In this document: piece by piece, positions 9,199-18,739 of the stretch
Layout of the letters: each line of letters starts with the position of its first letter
How positions within the stretch are numbered: position 1 is the stretch's first letter
Origin: Dehalococcoidia bacterium
GTDB taxonomy: Bacteria; Chloroflexota; Dehalococcoidia; Lucifugimonadales; JAGWBF01
NCBI GenBank assembly: GCA_965220375.1
Contig: OZ244824.1
Coordinates: 776,406-840,405 of the forward strand
Direction: 5' to 3'
DNA length: 64,000 bases
Position numbers and translations under genes: made by a program
The notes under the pieces: generated by a model
The model's database searches: none
The model's input: only the letters and a program-made list of their open reading frames with translations
What the model was told of the DNA's origin: nothing

Positions 9199-9939
9199 TC
9201 AAGCGCCCTCTCCCCTGGCTCCCCTCAGCTGCGCCACCTCGTCCCGCATCAATCGCATCTCCTCCGCCAGGGAAGCTACGCTGGCGGAGCTGGCGTTGTC
9301 CCTCCGCATCAGGATGGAAGCCAGGTTGGCTGTAAGGGCGCCGAAGAGGGCAACTCCCCCTATCATCAATACCAAGGCAAGGGCACGCCCCGCCTGGGTG
9401 ACAGGAACAATGTCTCCATACCCCACCGTGGTCACCGTTACTACGGCCCACCACAGGGCGTCGGGGAAGGAGTCCAGCCTGGATTCATGGCCCCTCTCAA
9501 CCGACGTGACTATAGCCGCAATGAGCACCACCAGGCCGACGGCATATGCCACAAGGAAATCGACTCTGACCAGGCGTACAGCCCCCCGGTAGGCCCGGGA
9601 ACCGTACACAATGATGCGCAATATCCTCAGTGGGCGGGCGAAGGGCAGCAATACCACCAGCACATCCAGCCAGTGCTCCCGCAGGTAGGCCAAGCGCCGC
9701 GGCGCAATGGCTGTCTTGACCCCAAGGTCCACCGCGAAGAGACACCAGACCAGTATGTCCAGGGAGACCACCAGGGATTCCGAATCCGGGGTCAGGTCCC
9801 AGTAGATTGGGGCCAGGAGAAGGGGGACCATCAGGAAAGCCAGCAACATCAAGGGTATCTCCGTGATGCGTTCCAGCTTGTACAGGATGGCTTCTCGTTG
9901 CTCGGCGTCTGCTTTGAATAGCCCGCTTATGATGTTCAC
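9199..9939 (-). CDS. voltage-gated-type potassium channel (6TM, single pore)
   Basis: K+ selectivity filter TTVGYGD. S4-like segment with regularly spaced arginines: RPLRILRIIVYGSRAYR. Confidence 0.85.
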   Translation of the reverse strand: MNIISGLFKADAEQREAILYKLERITEIPLMLLAFLMVPLLLAPIYWDLTPDSESLVVSLDILVWCLFAVDLGVKTAIAPRRLAYLREHWLDVLVVLLPFARPLRILRIIVYGSRAYRGAVRLVRVDFLVAYAVGLVVLIAAIVTSVERGHESRLDSFPDALWWAVVTVTTVGYGDIVPVTQAGRALALVLMIGGVALFGALTANLASILMRRDNASSASVASLAEEMRLMRDEVAQLRGARGEGA

Positions 9940-10131
9940 CCTATCTTCCTCCTGGGGTGCGCCTTGTCTGCCGCGTTTCCCATTGAGTTACCTGGCAGCG
10001 CTCTTCGGAGAAGAACGCACTTGGTTAGTGGGACTAGTGTATCCGAAACCGTGGCACTGATCAGAGGGATGCAATGCATCTGGATTTTCTGATAGCCGCC
10101 CGCTATAGTAACCAAGCTAACTGGGGTTGCC

Positions 10132-11418
10132 ATGCGAAACAATATGCCTGCGTTACGAGTGCCCAAGATCGGTATACCGTCCCTCCTCAGCTTAGCTGTG
10201 CTGGGCTGCGCCGTACTATTGTCGATCTCCTGTGGAGGCCGGGGATTCGAAGCGGGAGCCCTGGGAGCCGTTGAGGTCCCCCAGGGCGAGGATATCCATA
10301 TTCGCTCCCTGTCATCCCTCTCAGGTGTATCGAGCTTGGGCATCCCAAACCTGCGTGGCGTCGCCCTTGCCATTGCCGACTACGGCCCCATCAAGGGGCG
10401 CAATGTGACCATGGGCGCCGGAATCGACTCTCTTTGCACCGAAGAGGGGGGCCGGGCGGCCGCCGATATGGTCATTGGCGACACCAGGGTCGTGGGTATA
10501 GTGGGCACATCTTGTTCCATAGCTGCCACGGGGGCTCTGCCAATTATCAGCGATGCGGGCCTTGCGATGGTCGCCCCTTCCAATACAACTCCGTCGTTGA
10601 CCTCTGACCTGCAAGGCAACCCAGGCGACGACTACCTTCCCGGCTACTACCGCGTCTCGTCCAACGACCTTCACCAAGCCGGCGCAGCAGCCCGCTTCGC
10701 CTACGAGGAGCTTGGTTTGCGCACCATAGCCGCCATACACGACGGAGGTCCTTATACTTCCGGCCTTACGGACGCTTTCACCACCGCCTTCCAGGATATC
10801 GGAGGCTCCGTCACCATCGACACCATCAGCAGGGGCGACACAGAAATGGCCCCCCTCCTAACCCGTATTGCCGAGAACGCGCCCGACGGCCTCTTCCTCC
10901 CTCTCTTTCCTGGGGAGGGAACGCAGATCATGGAACAGGTAGGGCAGGTCGATGGGCTGGGAGACGCCGTCCTTATCGCGGGGGCCGCCCTGCTGGTCAG
11001 CGAGGTACTGGCCCTCCCCCAAGCGGAGAACATCTACTTCCTGAGCCCCGAGACGAGCTTCGGCAGCAACGTCAACAAAGCGACGGGCAAGAGCAACGAT
11101 GAGCTGGTTGCAGCCTACGTGGAGCAGTTCAACGAGCAGCCAACGTCGGCGTATCTTGCCCATGCCTACGATGCGACCACCATCCTGCTCAGGGCCATCG
11201 AGGATGCCGCAGTTGCCGAGGAAGACAGCCTCTACATCGACCGGGAAAAGCTCCGGGAAGCCCTGACCGGCACCAGCAGCTTTGGGGGCATCATCGGAAG
11301 CATCACGTGCGACGATTTCGGAGATTGCGGGACGGGAAGGGTGAACATTCTGCACCACACGGACTCGAGCGTTACCGACGTCGCCCAGCTGCCCGTCGTC
11401 TACAGTTTCGCGCCCTAG
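10132..11418 (+). CDS. ABC transporter substrate-binding lipoprotein (LivJ / branched-chain amino acid or amide type)
   Basis: Lipobox LLSISCGG. Periplasmic-binding type I pattern (VGIVGTSCS, PSNTTP). No permease or ATPase genes adjacent. Confidence 0.75.
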   Translation: MRNNMPALRVPKIGIPSLLSLAVLGCAVLLSISCGGRGFEAGALGAVEVPQGEDIHIRSLSSLSGVSSLGIPNLRGVALAIADYGPIKGRNVTMGAGIDSLCTEEGGRAAADMVIGDTRVVGIVGTSCSIAATGALPIISDAGLAMVAPSNTTPSLTSDLQGNPGDDYLPGYYRVSSNDLHQAGAAARFAYEELGLRTIAAIHDGGPYTSGLTDAFTTAFQDIGGSVTIDTISRGDTEMAPLLTRIAENAPDGLFLPLFPGEGTQIMEQVGQVDGLGDAVLIAGAALLVSEVLALPQAENIYFLSPETSFGSNVNKATGKSNDELVAAYVEQFNEQPTSAYLAHAYDATTILLRAIEDAAVAEEDSLYIDREKLREALTGTSSFGGIIGSITCDDFGDCGTGRVNILHHTDSSVTDVAQLPVVYSFAP

Positions 11419-11434
11419 CTACTCTGTCTCTGCG

Positions 11435-11475
11435 CACCCTCACCCCCAACCCATCTCCCTCACGGGCGAGGAGAG
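11435..11475. repeat. intergenic repeat family C (inverted orientation)
   Basis: The reverse complement, ctctcctcgcccgtgagggagatgggttgggggtgagggtg, matches the 5824 copy. Confidence 0.7.
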
Positions 11476-11532
11476 AATATGCTTCTTGACCCCAGGTGAG
11501 AAGGGCATTATCCAATACACAACTGAGGCTGC

Positions 11533-11605
11533 CCGTTCCCCTTCGATTTCCCTCAGGGCGAACGGACGGTCCTGGCCCTAGGGTTACGCAAGGGTCTCCC
11601 CGGGG
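11533..11605. repeat. intact family A REP element with tail ..ggttacgcaagggtctcc
   Basis: ccgttccccttcgatttccctcagggcgaacgg at 11533-11565. Arms ccgttc.ccct and aggg.c.gaacgg can pair. The same tail recurs at about 32278-32297. Confidence 0.8.
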
Positions 11606-11639
11606 GAGGCTAGGATGAGGGGGATGGCGCCCCTAGGAA

Positions 11640-12521
11640 CTACGCCAGCTCTTCTTCGAGGATGGCTTTGATGCCCTTCCACTGCACTTGGCCAACGGTG
11701 CGGGGAGCGCGTCCCCCGAGGCCCCGTCCCCAGATGGCCTTCAGCCCCAGCTCCCTGGCTGCATCGAAGTCGATGCCTCCGGGAGGCGCCGCCAGGTCGA
11801 TGAGCAGGGTTTGCGTATCCAGGTTTTCCAGCACGGCTCGTTCCAACAGACGGGCGGGGACAATGTTGAAGATGACCCTCGCCCTTTGCGCCACCTCGGG
11901 CATCTGTTCAAGGGGGACGGCGGTGCATCCCATCTCCCAAGCCCTCGCCCGCTGCAGGCCATTGCGGGCCGCGATAGTCACCCTTGCGCCGATCCCCGTC
12001 AGGCTCCGGGCTAGGGCAGGCCCTATTTTCCCGAAACCGACTATCAGGCAGGGATTGTCATGGAGGGTAACCTCGGTGTGCTCTATGGCGATCCTGATGG
12101 CCCCCTCGGCGATGGCGGGCGCCCGCAGCACCATCAGTTCCTCATCCTGCTCGTACTCTCTTAGCTTCAAGCCGTACTTTTCCGAGGCTTCCCTCATCTG
12201 GGCGCTGGACTTGCCCGTGATCAGGACTCCCCCGGGCACCGCCCCGGCGAGGATGTCGCTGTCCACATATAGCCGGTCCGGGCTGTGGGGTGAGAATATG
12301 GCCCCGTCCGGCTGGGGAAGGGGCACGGGTAGTATGATGATCTGGGCGCCCTGCACCGCTTCGGCCACGGCGCTATGGCTCGATGCGGCCTCGATGCCGT
12401 CGCCCTCCGGCAGGCCGCAGGTGCGAACGCTGGCGCCTTCAGCCAACAGCTGCCTGACGCACTCCACCTCCCGGCCGTCGCCTCCCAGCACCGCTACGGT
12501 GTACTTGCTCAATTCCATCAT
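11640..12521 (-). CDS. dipicolinate synthase subunit A (DpaA)-like NAD(P)-binding dehydrogenase
   Basis: Matches my recollection of B. subtilis SpoVFA along the whole length: VAVLGGDGREVECVRQL, IIILPVP, AEGAIRIAIEHTEVTLH, IVGFGKIGPALARSL, LIDLAAPPGGIDF. No DpaB partner present. Confidence 0.7.
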   Translation of the reverse strand: MMELSKYTVAVLGGDGREVECVRQLLAEGASVRTCGLPEGDGIEAASSHSAVAEAVQGAQIIILPVPLPQPDGAIFSPHSPDRLYVDSDILAGAVPGGVLITGKSSAQMREASEKYGLKLREYEQDEELMVLRAPAIAEGAIRIAIEHTEVTLHDNPCLIVGFGKIGPALARSLTGIGARVTIAARNGLQRARAWEMGCTAVPLEQMPEVAQRARVIFNIVPARLLERAVLENLDTQTLLIDLAAPPGGIDFDAARELGLKAIWGRGLGGRAPRTVGQVQWKGIKAILEEELA

Positions 12522-13618
12522 TCGCCCTCCTCCAAAAGCTCCAATACCCGCTCTTTGGACCAGCCATCAAGTCCCAGGGAAGCCAGGGTGCGGGACTCGG
12601 CCCAGTAGTCCCGCTTTGTCGAAACGCACGCTATCTGCGCTACGGCGGCCATGGTAGGCGTTCCCACACCCACAGCGCGCCCAAGGTCGATCATGGGGAC
12701 GAGACCGAAGGGTATGTCCTCGTGCATGTACCGGTGGTCAAGGGAGGGTGGAGCCTTGATATGGTGATTGGGTACGCTGTCCAACAAGGTAAGCAGATAG
12801 TCCTCCTTTTCGCCTGCCTCGCTGGACGTGGAGCCGATGCTGGCGAACAGCTGGGGGAAGGAAGGTACATCCACGCCCCAGCCAACAGCCACCGCCCTCC
12901 TTTCCCCGTCCAGGGCCTCCATCAGGTGGGCTACAGCGGGAGTGGCGGCATCCAGGTAGTAGCGGAAATCGCCCTGGGTGTGCTCGATCCACGCGGCGCC
13001 CAGGACCATGGCGGGAGGGTGCAGGACAGCGTTTACGTTGGCAAATCCCGCAGCCAGGATGTGGGAAACGGGCTTTAGGTTGGGCACGATATCCGCCACA
13101 TCTTCTGAAAAGGCCATGGTGGATGAGGCAGGGAAGGCGGCAAAGGGAACGCTCTTGAGAACGTTAGTGATCAAGACGCTGCCCGGGTCGGGCTTGCGGC
13201 AGATGTAGGTCAGGGTGCCGGTTTCGGCTATGCGGACATGGCCGGAATGGCCGGCGGCCCGAAGCTCTCGCAGGAAGGCCAGGCTGCCCAGCATTCCGCC
13301 GGGGTTCAGGAGGACCGTCTGTCCCTCCTCAAGATGGGGGGCGAGGGAACAGGCAATAGAGCGGTGGGCTGTCGCAGGAACGCAGACTACGATGAGGTCC
13401 GACCTAGCCGCAACACCTTCGAGGTCTGTGGTGATGTTGCCCACGGGTGCGAAGCCATCTCCCAGCACCCCGGTGTAGCGAATCCCGCCCTGTTCTATCG
13501 CCGCCGACAAGGTAGCCTGGGTACGGTTGTACAGGGTAACCCGATGGCCCCGGAGGACAAGGTCGGCTGCCATTGCGTACCCGCCGTTTCCGGCGCCCAG
13601 TACCAGCACCTCAGCCAT
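12518..13618 (-). CDS. NAD/NADP octopine/nopaline dehydrogenase-family (opine dehydrogenase-like) protein
   Basis: N-terminal Rossmann motif VLVLGAGNGGYAMAADL. Size and layout fit opine dehydrogenase-like proteins. 4-nt overlap with the downstream gene. Confidence 0.7.
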   Translation of the reverse strand: MAEVLVLGAGNGGYAMAADLVLRGHRVTLYNRTQATLSAAIEQGGIRYTGVLGDGFAPVGNITTDLEGVAARSDLIVVCVPATAHRSIACSLAPHLEEGQTVLLNPGGMLGSLAFLRELRAAGHSGHVRIAETGTLTYICRKPDPGSVLITNVLKSVPFAAFPASSTMAFSEDVADIVPNLKPVSHILAAGFANVNAVLHPPAMVLGAAWIEHTQGDFRYYLDAATPAVAHLMEALDGERRAVAVGWGVDVPSFPQLFASIGSTSSEAGEKEDYLLTLLDSVPNHHIKAPPSLDHRYMHEDIPFGLVPMIDLGRAVGVGTPTMAAVAQIACVSTKRDYWAESRTLASLGLDGWSKERVLELLEEGE

Positions 13619-13629
13619 GGAGCTACGCC

Positions 13630-14784
13630 TCAGACCGAGTAGCGGGCCAGCTTGCCTTCATCCACCTCGATGCCAAGGCCCGGCCCGGTGGGAACATGCA
13701 GCTGCCCCTCTGAATAGCTAATCTGGGTACTTATAATGTCATCCAGGTAGTAGATTCCCGCGATGGAGACGGGCGCTTCTCCGTTCACGTTGGGCACCGG
13801 ACAGACGCTGGCCCACCTGAGATTGCCGACCGCCACGCCCAGGTGGAGGTTGGCAGCAACCCCGATGCCCATCTCTATGGAGCCTCCAATGTCGCAGGTG
13901 ATGTTACAGGCTGATGCCACAGCGGCCACCTGCAAGGCACGGTGCAGGCCGCCGGGCTTGCTGTAATAGAGGGAGATTATCTGGGCAGCCCTCAGCTCAT
14001 GAAGGCGCAGCACATCCTCGGGGAACCAGGCGCTCTCGTCGGCCATGACCGGGGCCTTTATGCGACGGGCCACCTCAGCCAGCGCTTCGAATCCTGCCAC
14101 CGGCTGTTCCTGGAATGCTACGTTGTAGAGTTCCATCTCCTCGGCGGCGCGGATGGCTTCCTGGGGGGTGCGGTACCCTTCGTTGGCGTCCACCCGGATT
14201 ACTAGGTCGGGGCCGAATTCTTGTCGGATGCGGCGCACCAGGTCAACATCCCGCTTGGCGTCCAGGCCGGTCTTGCACTTTATGGTGCCGATACCCTCGG
14301 CAACCGCCTGCTCCGCTTCGCTGACGGCAGCATCGTTTTCCATGATCCCCAAGCTGTGGCAGACGGGGATGCTCTCCCTCAGCTTACCGCCAAGAAGTTC
14401 ATAGACCGGGACTCCCGTGGCTTTGCCTGCGATGTCGTGGAGGGCCAGGTCCATGGCTGCCTTGGCGTAGGGGTGGCCCTTGATGGCGCCGTCCATGAGG
14501 CTATGCATCTGGCCGATCTGCTGGGGTTCCTGGCCTTCTATGGCCGGGAACAAATAGCTGCCGATGACGTGGGAAACGGTGTAGGCATCTTCACCATAGT
14601 ACATGCCGTTGGGGCCGCCCCAGGTGGCGATGGCAGGAGTTTCGCCCCACCCCACCACACCCTCGTCGGTCTCCAGGGCAAGGATATAGTGATGACCAAT
14701 GGGGGTGCGCATCTTACTGGCCCAGTTGTGTACCCGGCGGGGCGGCAGCTGGATGAAGTACTCTCTGTAGCCGGCAATCTTCAC
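13630..14784 (-). CDS. enolase-superfamily enzyme (mandelate racemase/muconate lactonizing family; dipeptide epimerase-like)
   Basis: KxK motif IKCKTG. Metal ligands in RVDANEGY, FQEQP and MADES. Confidence 0.85.
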   Translation of the reverse strand: MKIAGYREYFIQLPPRRVHNWASKMRTPIGHHYILALETDEGVVGWGETPAIATWGGPNGMYYGEDAYTVSHVIGSYLFPAIEGQEPQQIGQMHSLMDGAIKGHPYAKAAMDLALHDIAGKATGVPVYELLGGKLRESIPVCHSLGIMENDAAVSEAEQAVAEGIGTIKCKTGLDAKRDVDLVRRIRQEFGPDLVIRVDANEGYRTPQEAIRAAEEMELYNVAFQEQPVAGFEALAEVARRIKAPVMADESAWFPEDVLRLHELRAAQIISLYYSKPGGLHRALQVAAVASACNITCDIGGSIEMGIGVAANLHLGVAVGNLRWASVCPVPNVNGEAPVSIAGIYYLDDIISTQISYSEGQLHVPTGPGLGIEVDEGKLARYSV

Positions 14785-14790
14785 CCCGGA

Positions 14791-15906
14791 TCAGGCCTCA
14801 CGCATCTGCCAAAGCTGGCTGGTGTCGAACTGATTGGTGATCAGTTCGTAGCCCGAATCGGTGACCAGCACCGCTTCCTCAAGCTGCATGCCCAGCTCAG
14901 GTAGGGTGACCAGGGGCTCTATGGCCAGCACCATGTCTTTCTCCAGGGCCGTATCCGCATAAGGGTTCAGATAGGGTTCCTCGTGGAGGGTCAAGCCCAG
15001 GCCGTGGCCCAGGAAGTTAAGGGTCGGCAGCTCCCATGCATTCATCTGGTCAATGTACTCTTTAAAGATGCTGTGGCTGCTCACCCCCGGTTTGATTCGG
15101 CCCAAGGCGGTGTTCCGGCATTCCACCAGCTTCTGCCATATCTCCTTCTGCTCAGGGCTTGGCTCCCCCACAATGGCCGTCCTGGCGACATCGCAGGTGT
15201 AGTCGTTCACCAGCCCGATGGTGTCAATGCGCACCACATCGCCCATCTTTATCTCCCGTTCCGTCGGCCCGCCGTTGAGCATGGGCGTCCGCTCTCCGGA
15301 CGTTACGGAAGGCATGGTGAGCTTGTCGCCCCCGCCTGAGATAAAGTTGTCCACGATGGTGCGGTAGAGGTCGGCCTCGGTCATTCCGGGCCACCATCTG
15401 CTGAGGGAGGCACGGTCCACCCGCTCTGCAAGCTGGGCAGCGAAGGTGAGCTTCTCTATCTCTTCACGGGTCTTGATGATGCGCAGCTTCTTTAGCAGCT
15501 TGTCTATAGGTTCGATGGTGACGTCCGGCAAGGCCTCCGTCAGCTTTCGGAAGTCCTCCTGGTTCAGGTAGGAGACCTCCAAGCCGATGTTCCCCTTGGC
15601 GTATCCCAGTTCGCGCAGCCTCTCAGCCGCCATCAGAATGGGCACCTGGGTGAACTCGTTGTAGGCGGTCACGTTCTTTATGGATGCCTTTTCCCTGGCC
15701 AGCTGCTCCTCAACGGTGACCACGATCATCTCGGGTTCCTGGTCCTTGGGGACGATGACTATTGCGTGGCGGTGCTGGACGATCTTCTGGGAGGGCACAA
15801 GAATTCCACTCGTCCATGCCACGTTCTCGGGAGAGATGACCAGCATGGCATCCATCCCGTGGGCTTCCATTGCTTCGCGCTGCTTATCCAGTACCGTGGT
15901 GGGCAC
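14791..15906 (-). CDS. M24-family metallopeptidase (Xaa-Pro peptidase / creatinase-like)
   Basis: Pita-bread motifs DVARTA, HGLGLTLHEEP and LAIEP. Start moved to GTG 15906, behind GGAGG. The longer track ORF would overlap the upstream gene by about 100 nt. Confidence 0.8.
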   Translation of the reverse strand: MPTTVLDKQREAMEAHGMDAMLVISPENVAWTSGILVPSQKIVQHRHAIVIVPKDQEPEMIVVTVEEQLAREKASIKNVTAYNEFTQVPILMAAERLRELGYAKGNIGLEVSYLNQEDFRKLTEALPDVTIEPIDKLLKKLRIIKTREEIEKLTFAAQLAERVDRASLSRWWPGMTEADLYRTIVDNFISGGGDKLTMPSVTSGERTPMLNGGPTEREIKMGDVVRIDTIGLVNDYTCDVARTAIVGEPSPEQKEIWQKLVECRNTALGRIKPGVSSHSIFKEYIDQMNAWELPTLNFLGHGLGLTLHEEPYLNPYADTALEKDMVLAIEPLVTLPELGMQLEEAVLVTDSGYELITNQFDTSQLWQMREA

Positions 15907-15934
15907 GTTGCCACCTCCACTCTGCAAATTGATG

Positions 15935-17365
15935 CTAATCGTAGGCCTTGGTAAACACCGGGATATCGGCCAATAGACCACTGCGCTCGTTGACTCTCTT
16001 GGACTGCTCCCTGGCCTCCCGGTATATATCCTCTTCATTGAGTTGGGTCATCCTGCGCCCTTCCATTACGACGTTCCCGTCTATCAGCACAGTGTCGATG
16101 GAGCCCGGGGTGGCTGAATAGACCAGGGTCTGCACAGGGTTGTTGTAGGGCACCCAGTCGGGGGTGTTCAGGTCAAAGAGCACGATGTCTGCCTTCTTGC
16201 CCACCTCCAGGGAACCGATATCTTCATCCCAGAGAAGGGCCTTCGCTCCTTCGATGGTCGCCATGCGCAGGGCCACCTCCGCCGGGACCATGAACGGGTC
16301 CATGCGGCAGTCCTTGAACAGCCCGGCGACAAGGTACATCTGCTGCATATGGTTCAGGGAACCGGAAGCGGCGGTGCCGTCGCAGCCCAGGGCAACGGTG
16401 ACGCCCGCATCCATCATCTCCGGGTACTTGCCGATCTTGGTTGCGCCCTTGGCTATCTTCAGGGCTGTGCCGGGACAGAAGGCGACCTTGGCGCCGGCTT
16501 CCGCAAGGTAGCCTATCTCCTCGTCGGTGATGGCCACGACGTGGGCCAGCACAAGATTGGGCCCCAGGGCGCCCAGACTCTGCAGCCGGGTCACCGGCCA
16601 CATGCCGTACTTGGTCTCGCTGACCTGGGCTTCCTCTATGGATGAAGCGATATGGTAGGTCGTGCCCACTCCAAGCTCTTCGGCCAGGGCCCGGGAGCCG
16701 TAATGCAGCTCCGGCGAGCACGGTTCCTTCCCTTCGATGTTCACCCACACGCGGACAAGCCCGCCGGCCGAGTTGTTATGGGCAGTTACGCACCGCCCCA
16801 ACTCATCCAGGGCCACATTGTGGTTGGGGAAGAAGTGGTGGTCGATCATCTCCTGGGTCCAGTGCTCGGGAAGCTGGTCGGGCTTTACGTCGGCGGCGTG
16901 ACGCCCCGTCACACAGCGAAATCCCGCCTGTTCGACAGCCTTCACCGTGTTGCCGACGTCGTTCTGGGTTCCCATATCCAGGCAGCAGGTGGTGCCCGTC
17001 TTTATCATCTCGATGCCGGCCAGCAGGGTGCCGACGTACTCCGCCTCTTCATCCATGGCGGCGTACAGGGGCTTGGCCCAGTTGAACACCCAGGGGCGGG
17101 TAGAGAGCTGATCAGGGAACAGGCCCCTGCCAAGGTGCTCCGACAGGTGAAGATGGGCGTCAACCATGCCGGGCATTGCCAACTTGTCTTTCCCGGAGAT
17201 TACCCTGTCGAATGTGGTCCCGGCGTACCGGGCCTCCACCTGGTCAGTGGGGCCGATGGCGGCGATCCGGGTCCCGTCGACGACTATGGACTGCTGGGTA
17301 AGCTGTTCGTTGTCGGCGTTTACCGTAAGGACGAGGTCGATGTTGCGGATCAGGGTAAGCGCCAT
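15935..17365 (-). CDS. amidohydrolase (chlorohydrolase / aminohydrolase, SsnA-TrzA-MtaD-like)
   Basis: Metal motif MPGMVDAHLHLSEH. Length of 476 aa and C-terminal composite-domain pattern. Confidence 0.85.
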   Translation of the reverse strand: MALTLIRNIDLVLTVNADNEQLTQQSIVVDGTRIAAIGPTDQVEARYAGTTFDRVISGKDKLAMPGMVDAHLHLSEHLGRGLFPDQLSTRPWVFNWAKPLYAAMDEEAEYVGTLLAGIEMIKTGTTCCLDMGTQNDVGNTVKAVEQAGFRCVTGRHAADVKPDQLPEHWTQEMIDHHFFPNHNVALDELGRCVTAHNNSAGGLVRVWVNIEGKEPCSPELHYGSRALAEELGVGTTYHIASSIEEAQVSETKYGMWPVTRLQSLGALGPNLVLAHVVAITDEEIGYLAEAGAKVAFCPGTALKIAKGATKIGKYPEMMDAGVTVALGCDGTAASGSLNHMQQMYLVAGLFKDCRMDPFMVPAEVALRMATIEGAKALLWDEDIGSLEVGKKADIVLFDLNTPDWVPYNNPVQTLVYSATPGSIDTVLIDGNVVMEGRRMTQLNEEDIYREAREQSKRVNERSGLLADIPVFTKAYD

Positions 17366-17418
17366 TTCAGGCTACTCCTTGGCTACAGCTGGATGGGAAG
17401 CAAGGTCCCACGTCGGAG

Positions 17419-17613
17419 CTATCCCTTGGCTTCATCGCTGCCCAGTACGCCGGCCCTTCCCCAGTTGTCCAGGGAGCTTTCGTGGATCACCACATGGAGA
17501 TGGTCCGGCTTGGCCCCGGCGTGCTCGATCATGGCATCGGTAATCGCCTTGACCAGGGCGCGTTTCTGCTCCACCGTGCGCCCCTCCCACATCTCTACGA
17601 CTACAAAGGGCAA
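17419..17613 (-). CDS. 4-oxalocrotonate tautomerase-family protein
   Basis: 64 aa beginning (M)PFVVVEMWEGRT with catalytic Pro1. TTG start behind GGGAGG. Confidence 0.8.
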   Translation of the reverse strand: MPFVVVEMWEGRTVEQKRALVKAITDAMIEHAGAKPDHLHVVIHESSLDNWGRAGVLGSDEAKG

Positions 17614-17723
17614 CTGCTTATCCTCCCTACGGAGCTGGGTGGGATATCGCCTTCCGATTTTTGTGGCGGTTTACTGTTGTTGAGGCAGCCAGGATGCGTA
17701 TTCCCATATTGGGGGTCTCATTA

Positions 17724-17800
17724 TGGCGGACCCGACCGGATTCGAACCGGCGATCTCAGCCTTGACAGGGCTGCATGTTAGGCCACTACACCACGGGTCC
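17724..17800 (-). tRNA. tRNA-Asp (anticodon GTC), CCA encoded
   Basis: Folded by hand. Acceptor GGACCCG/CGGGTCC, anticodon stem CAGCC/GGCTG with loop CTGTCAA, T-arm GCCGG-TTCGAAT-CCGGT, discriminator G followed by CCA. Confidence 0.9.
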
Positions 17801-17898
17801 GTAGTAGGGTTTCGGCAGTACGATTGTATTTCCTAGCTAGCTATCGTGTCAACGCAGACAGAGAGGATTGGGGGCCGACGGCTCCCACCCTAGAACGC

Positions 17899-18129
17899 TC
17901 AGCCAACTCCGTGATAGCCGACGGTCACCTTGTCGCCCTCCACCACCACAGGGGTGATGCGCTCACCACTCGTCAGCTTCACCAGATCATCGATGGCTTC
18001 GGGATGAAGGGTTACGTCTATCTCGGTGAACTCCACCCCATCCCGGACGAACTCATCCCTCTGGGTGTCCGAGTAGTTGCAGTCGGGGTGGGTGTACATG
18101 ACGATTGTTGTTGTCTTTTCCTGGGTCAA
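17899..18129 (-). CDS. glutaredoxin-like protein with monothiol CxxS motif
   Basis: 76 aa. IVMYTHPDCNYS occupies the position of the glutaredoxin/NrdH CPYC motif, and TPVVV..GYHG follows near the C-terminus. TTG start behind GGAGGTGA. Confidence 0.65.
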   Translation of the reverse strand: MTQEKTTTIVMYTHPDCNYSDTQRDEFVRDGVEFTEIDVTLHPEAIDDLVKLTSGERITPVVVEGDKVTVGYHGVG

Positions 18130-18281
18130 CGAGACTCACCTCCTGGGATGTACCCGGATAGGGACATTCTACGCCAGCTCCGAAGAGCCTTTCAATCCGA
18201 ATAGTGCTGAACGGTTGAGGTCGTTGAGAGAGCAGTGGGCATTGGCTGGCCCGACCAAGGTCGTTTAGCATACAATAGGAT

Positions 18282-18734
18282 TTGAGTTGGTTGATGGTAA
18301 CTGAAGCTGAAGCAAACAGACTTCTCGAAGAGAACAAGACTATATGGGCCAATCTATTCTGGAGAGTGGATCGTGACAGGTTCCGGTTAGATGCCAAGGT
18401 CTTGTGTTTGGAGTCTGGAGAGATTTTGAGCCTGCTAGGCACTATCGGCAAGAAGAACCGAAGCTTCGTATTGCTGTATCAGAACACGCCCATAAGAAAA
18501 TACACGGTCCACTCTTACCACCGGGACCCCGTTACGAGGGAACAGATAAGAGGTCCCCACAAACATACTTGGGACGACCAATGGGAAGATAAGAGGGCTT
18601 ATATACCCAACGACATTCGGATGGGCAACCCGAATGAGGAACTCATGGACTTCTTGGGAGAATGTAACATCACCTTGAAGGGGACCTATACCCCACGAAT
18701 GTTTCCCGCCTCCGGGCAGGAAGGGGGAGGTTAG
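18282..18734 (+). CDS. hypothetical protein (motif GPHKHTW..AYIP)
   Basis: AT-richer ORF. The start could be TTG 18282 or ATG 18294. No family recognised with confidence. Its stop is 5 nt before the next gene. Confidence 0.5.
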   Translation: MSWLMVTEAEANRLLEENKTIWANLFWRVDRDRFRLDAKVLCLESGEILSLLGTIGKKNRSFVLLYQNTPIRKYTVHSYHRDPVTREQIRGPHKHTWDDQWEDKRAYIPNDIRMGNPNEELMDFLGECNITLKGTYTPRMFPASGQEGGG

Positions 18735-18739
18735 TAGGT

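Noticed and set aside
11640-12521. Calling the DpaA homologue a sporulation dipicolinate synthase.
   Set aside because: There is no DpaB partner and no sporulation genes, and it is embedded in a catabolic operon. Only the family-level call (DpaA-like NAD(P)-binding protein) is justified.
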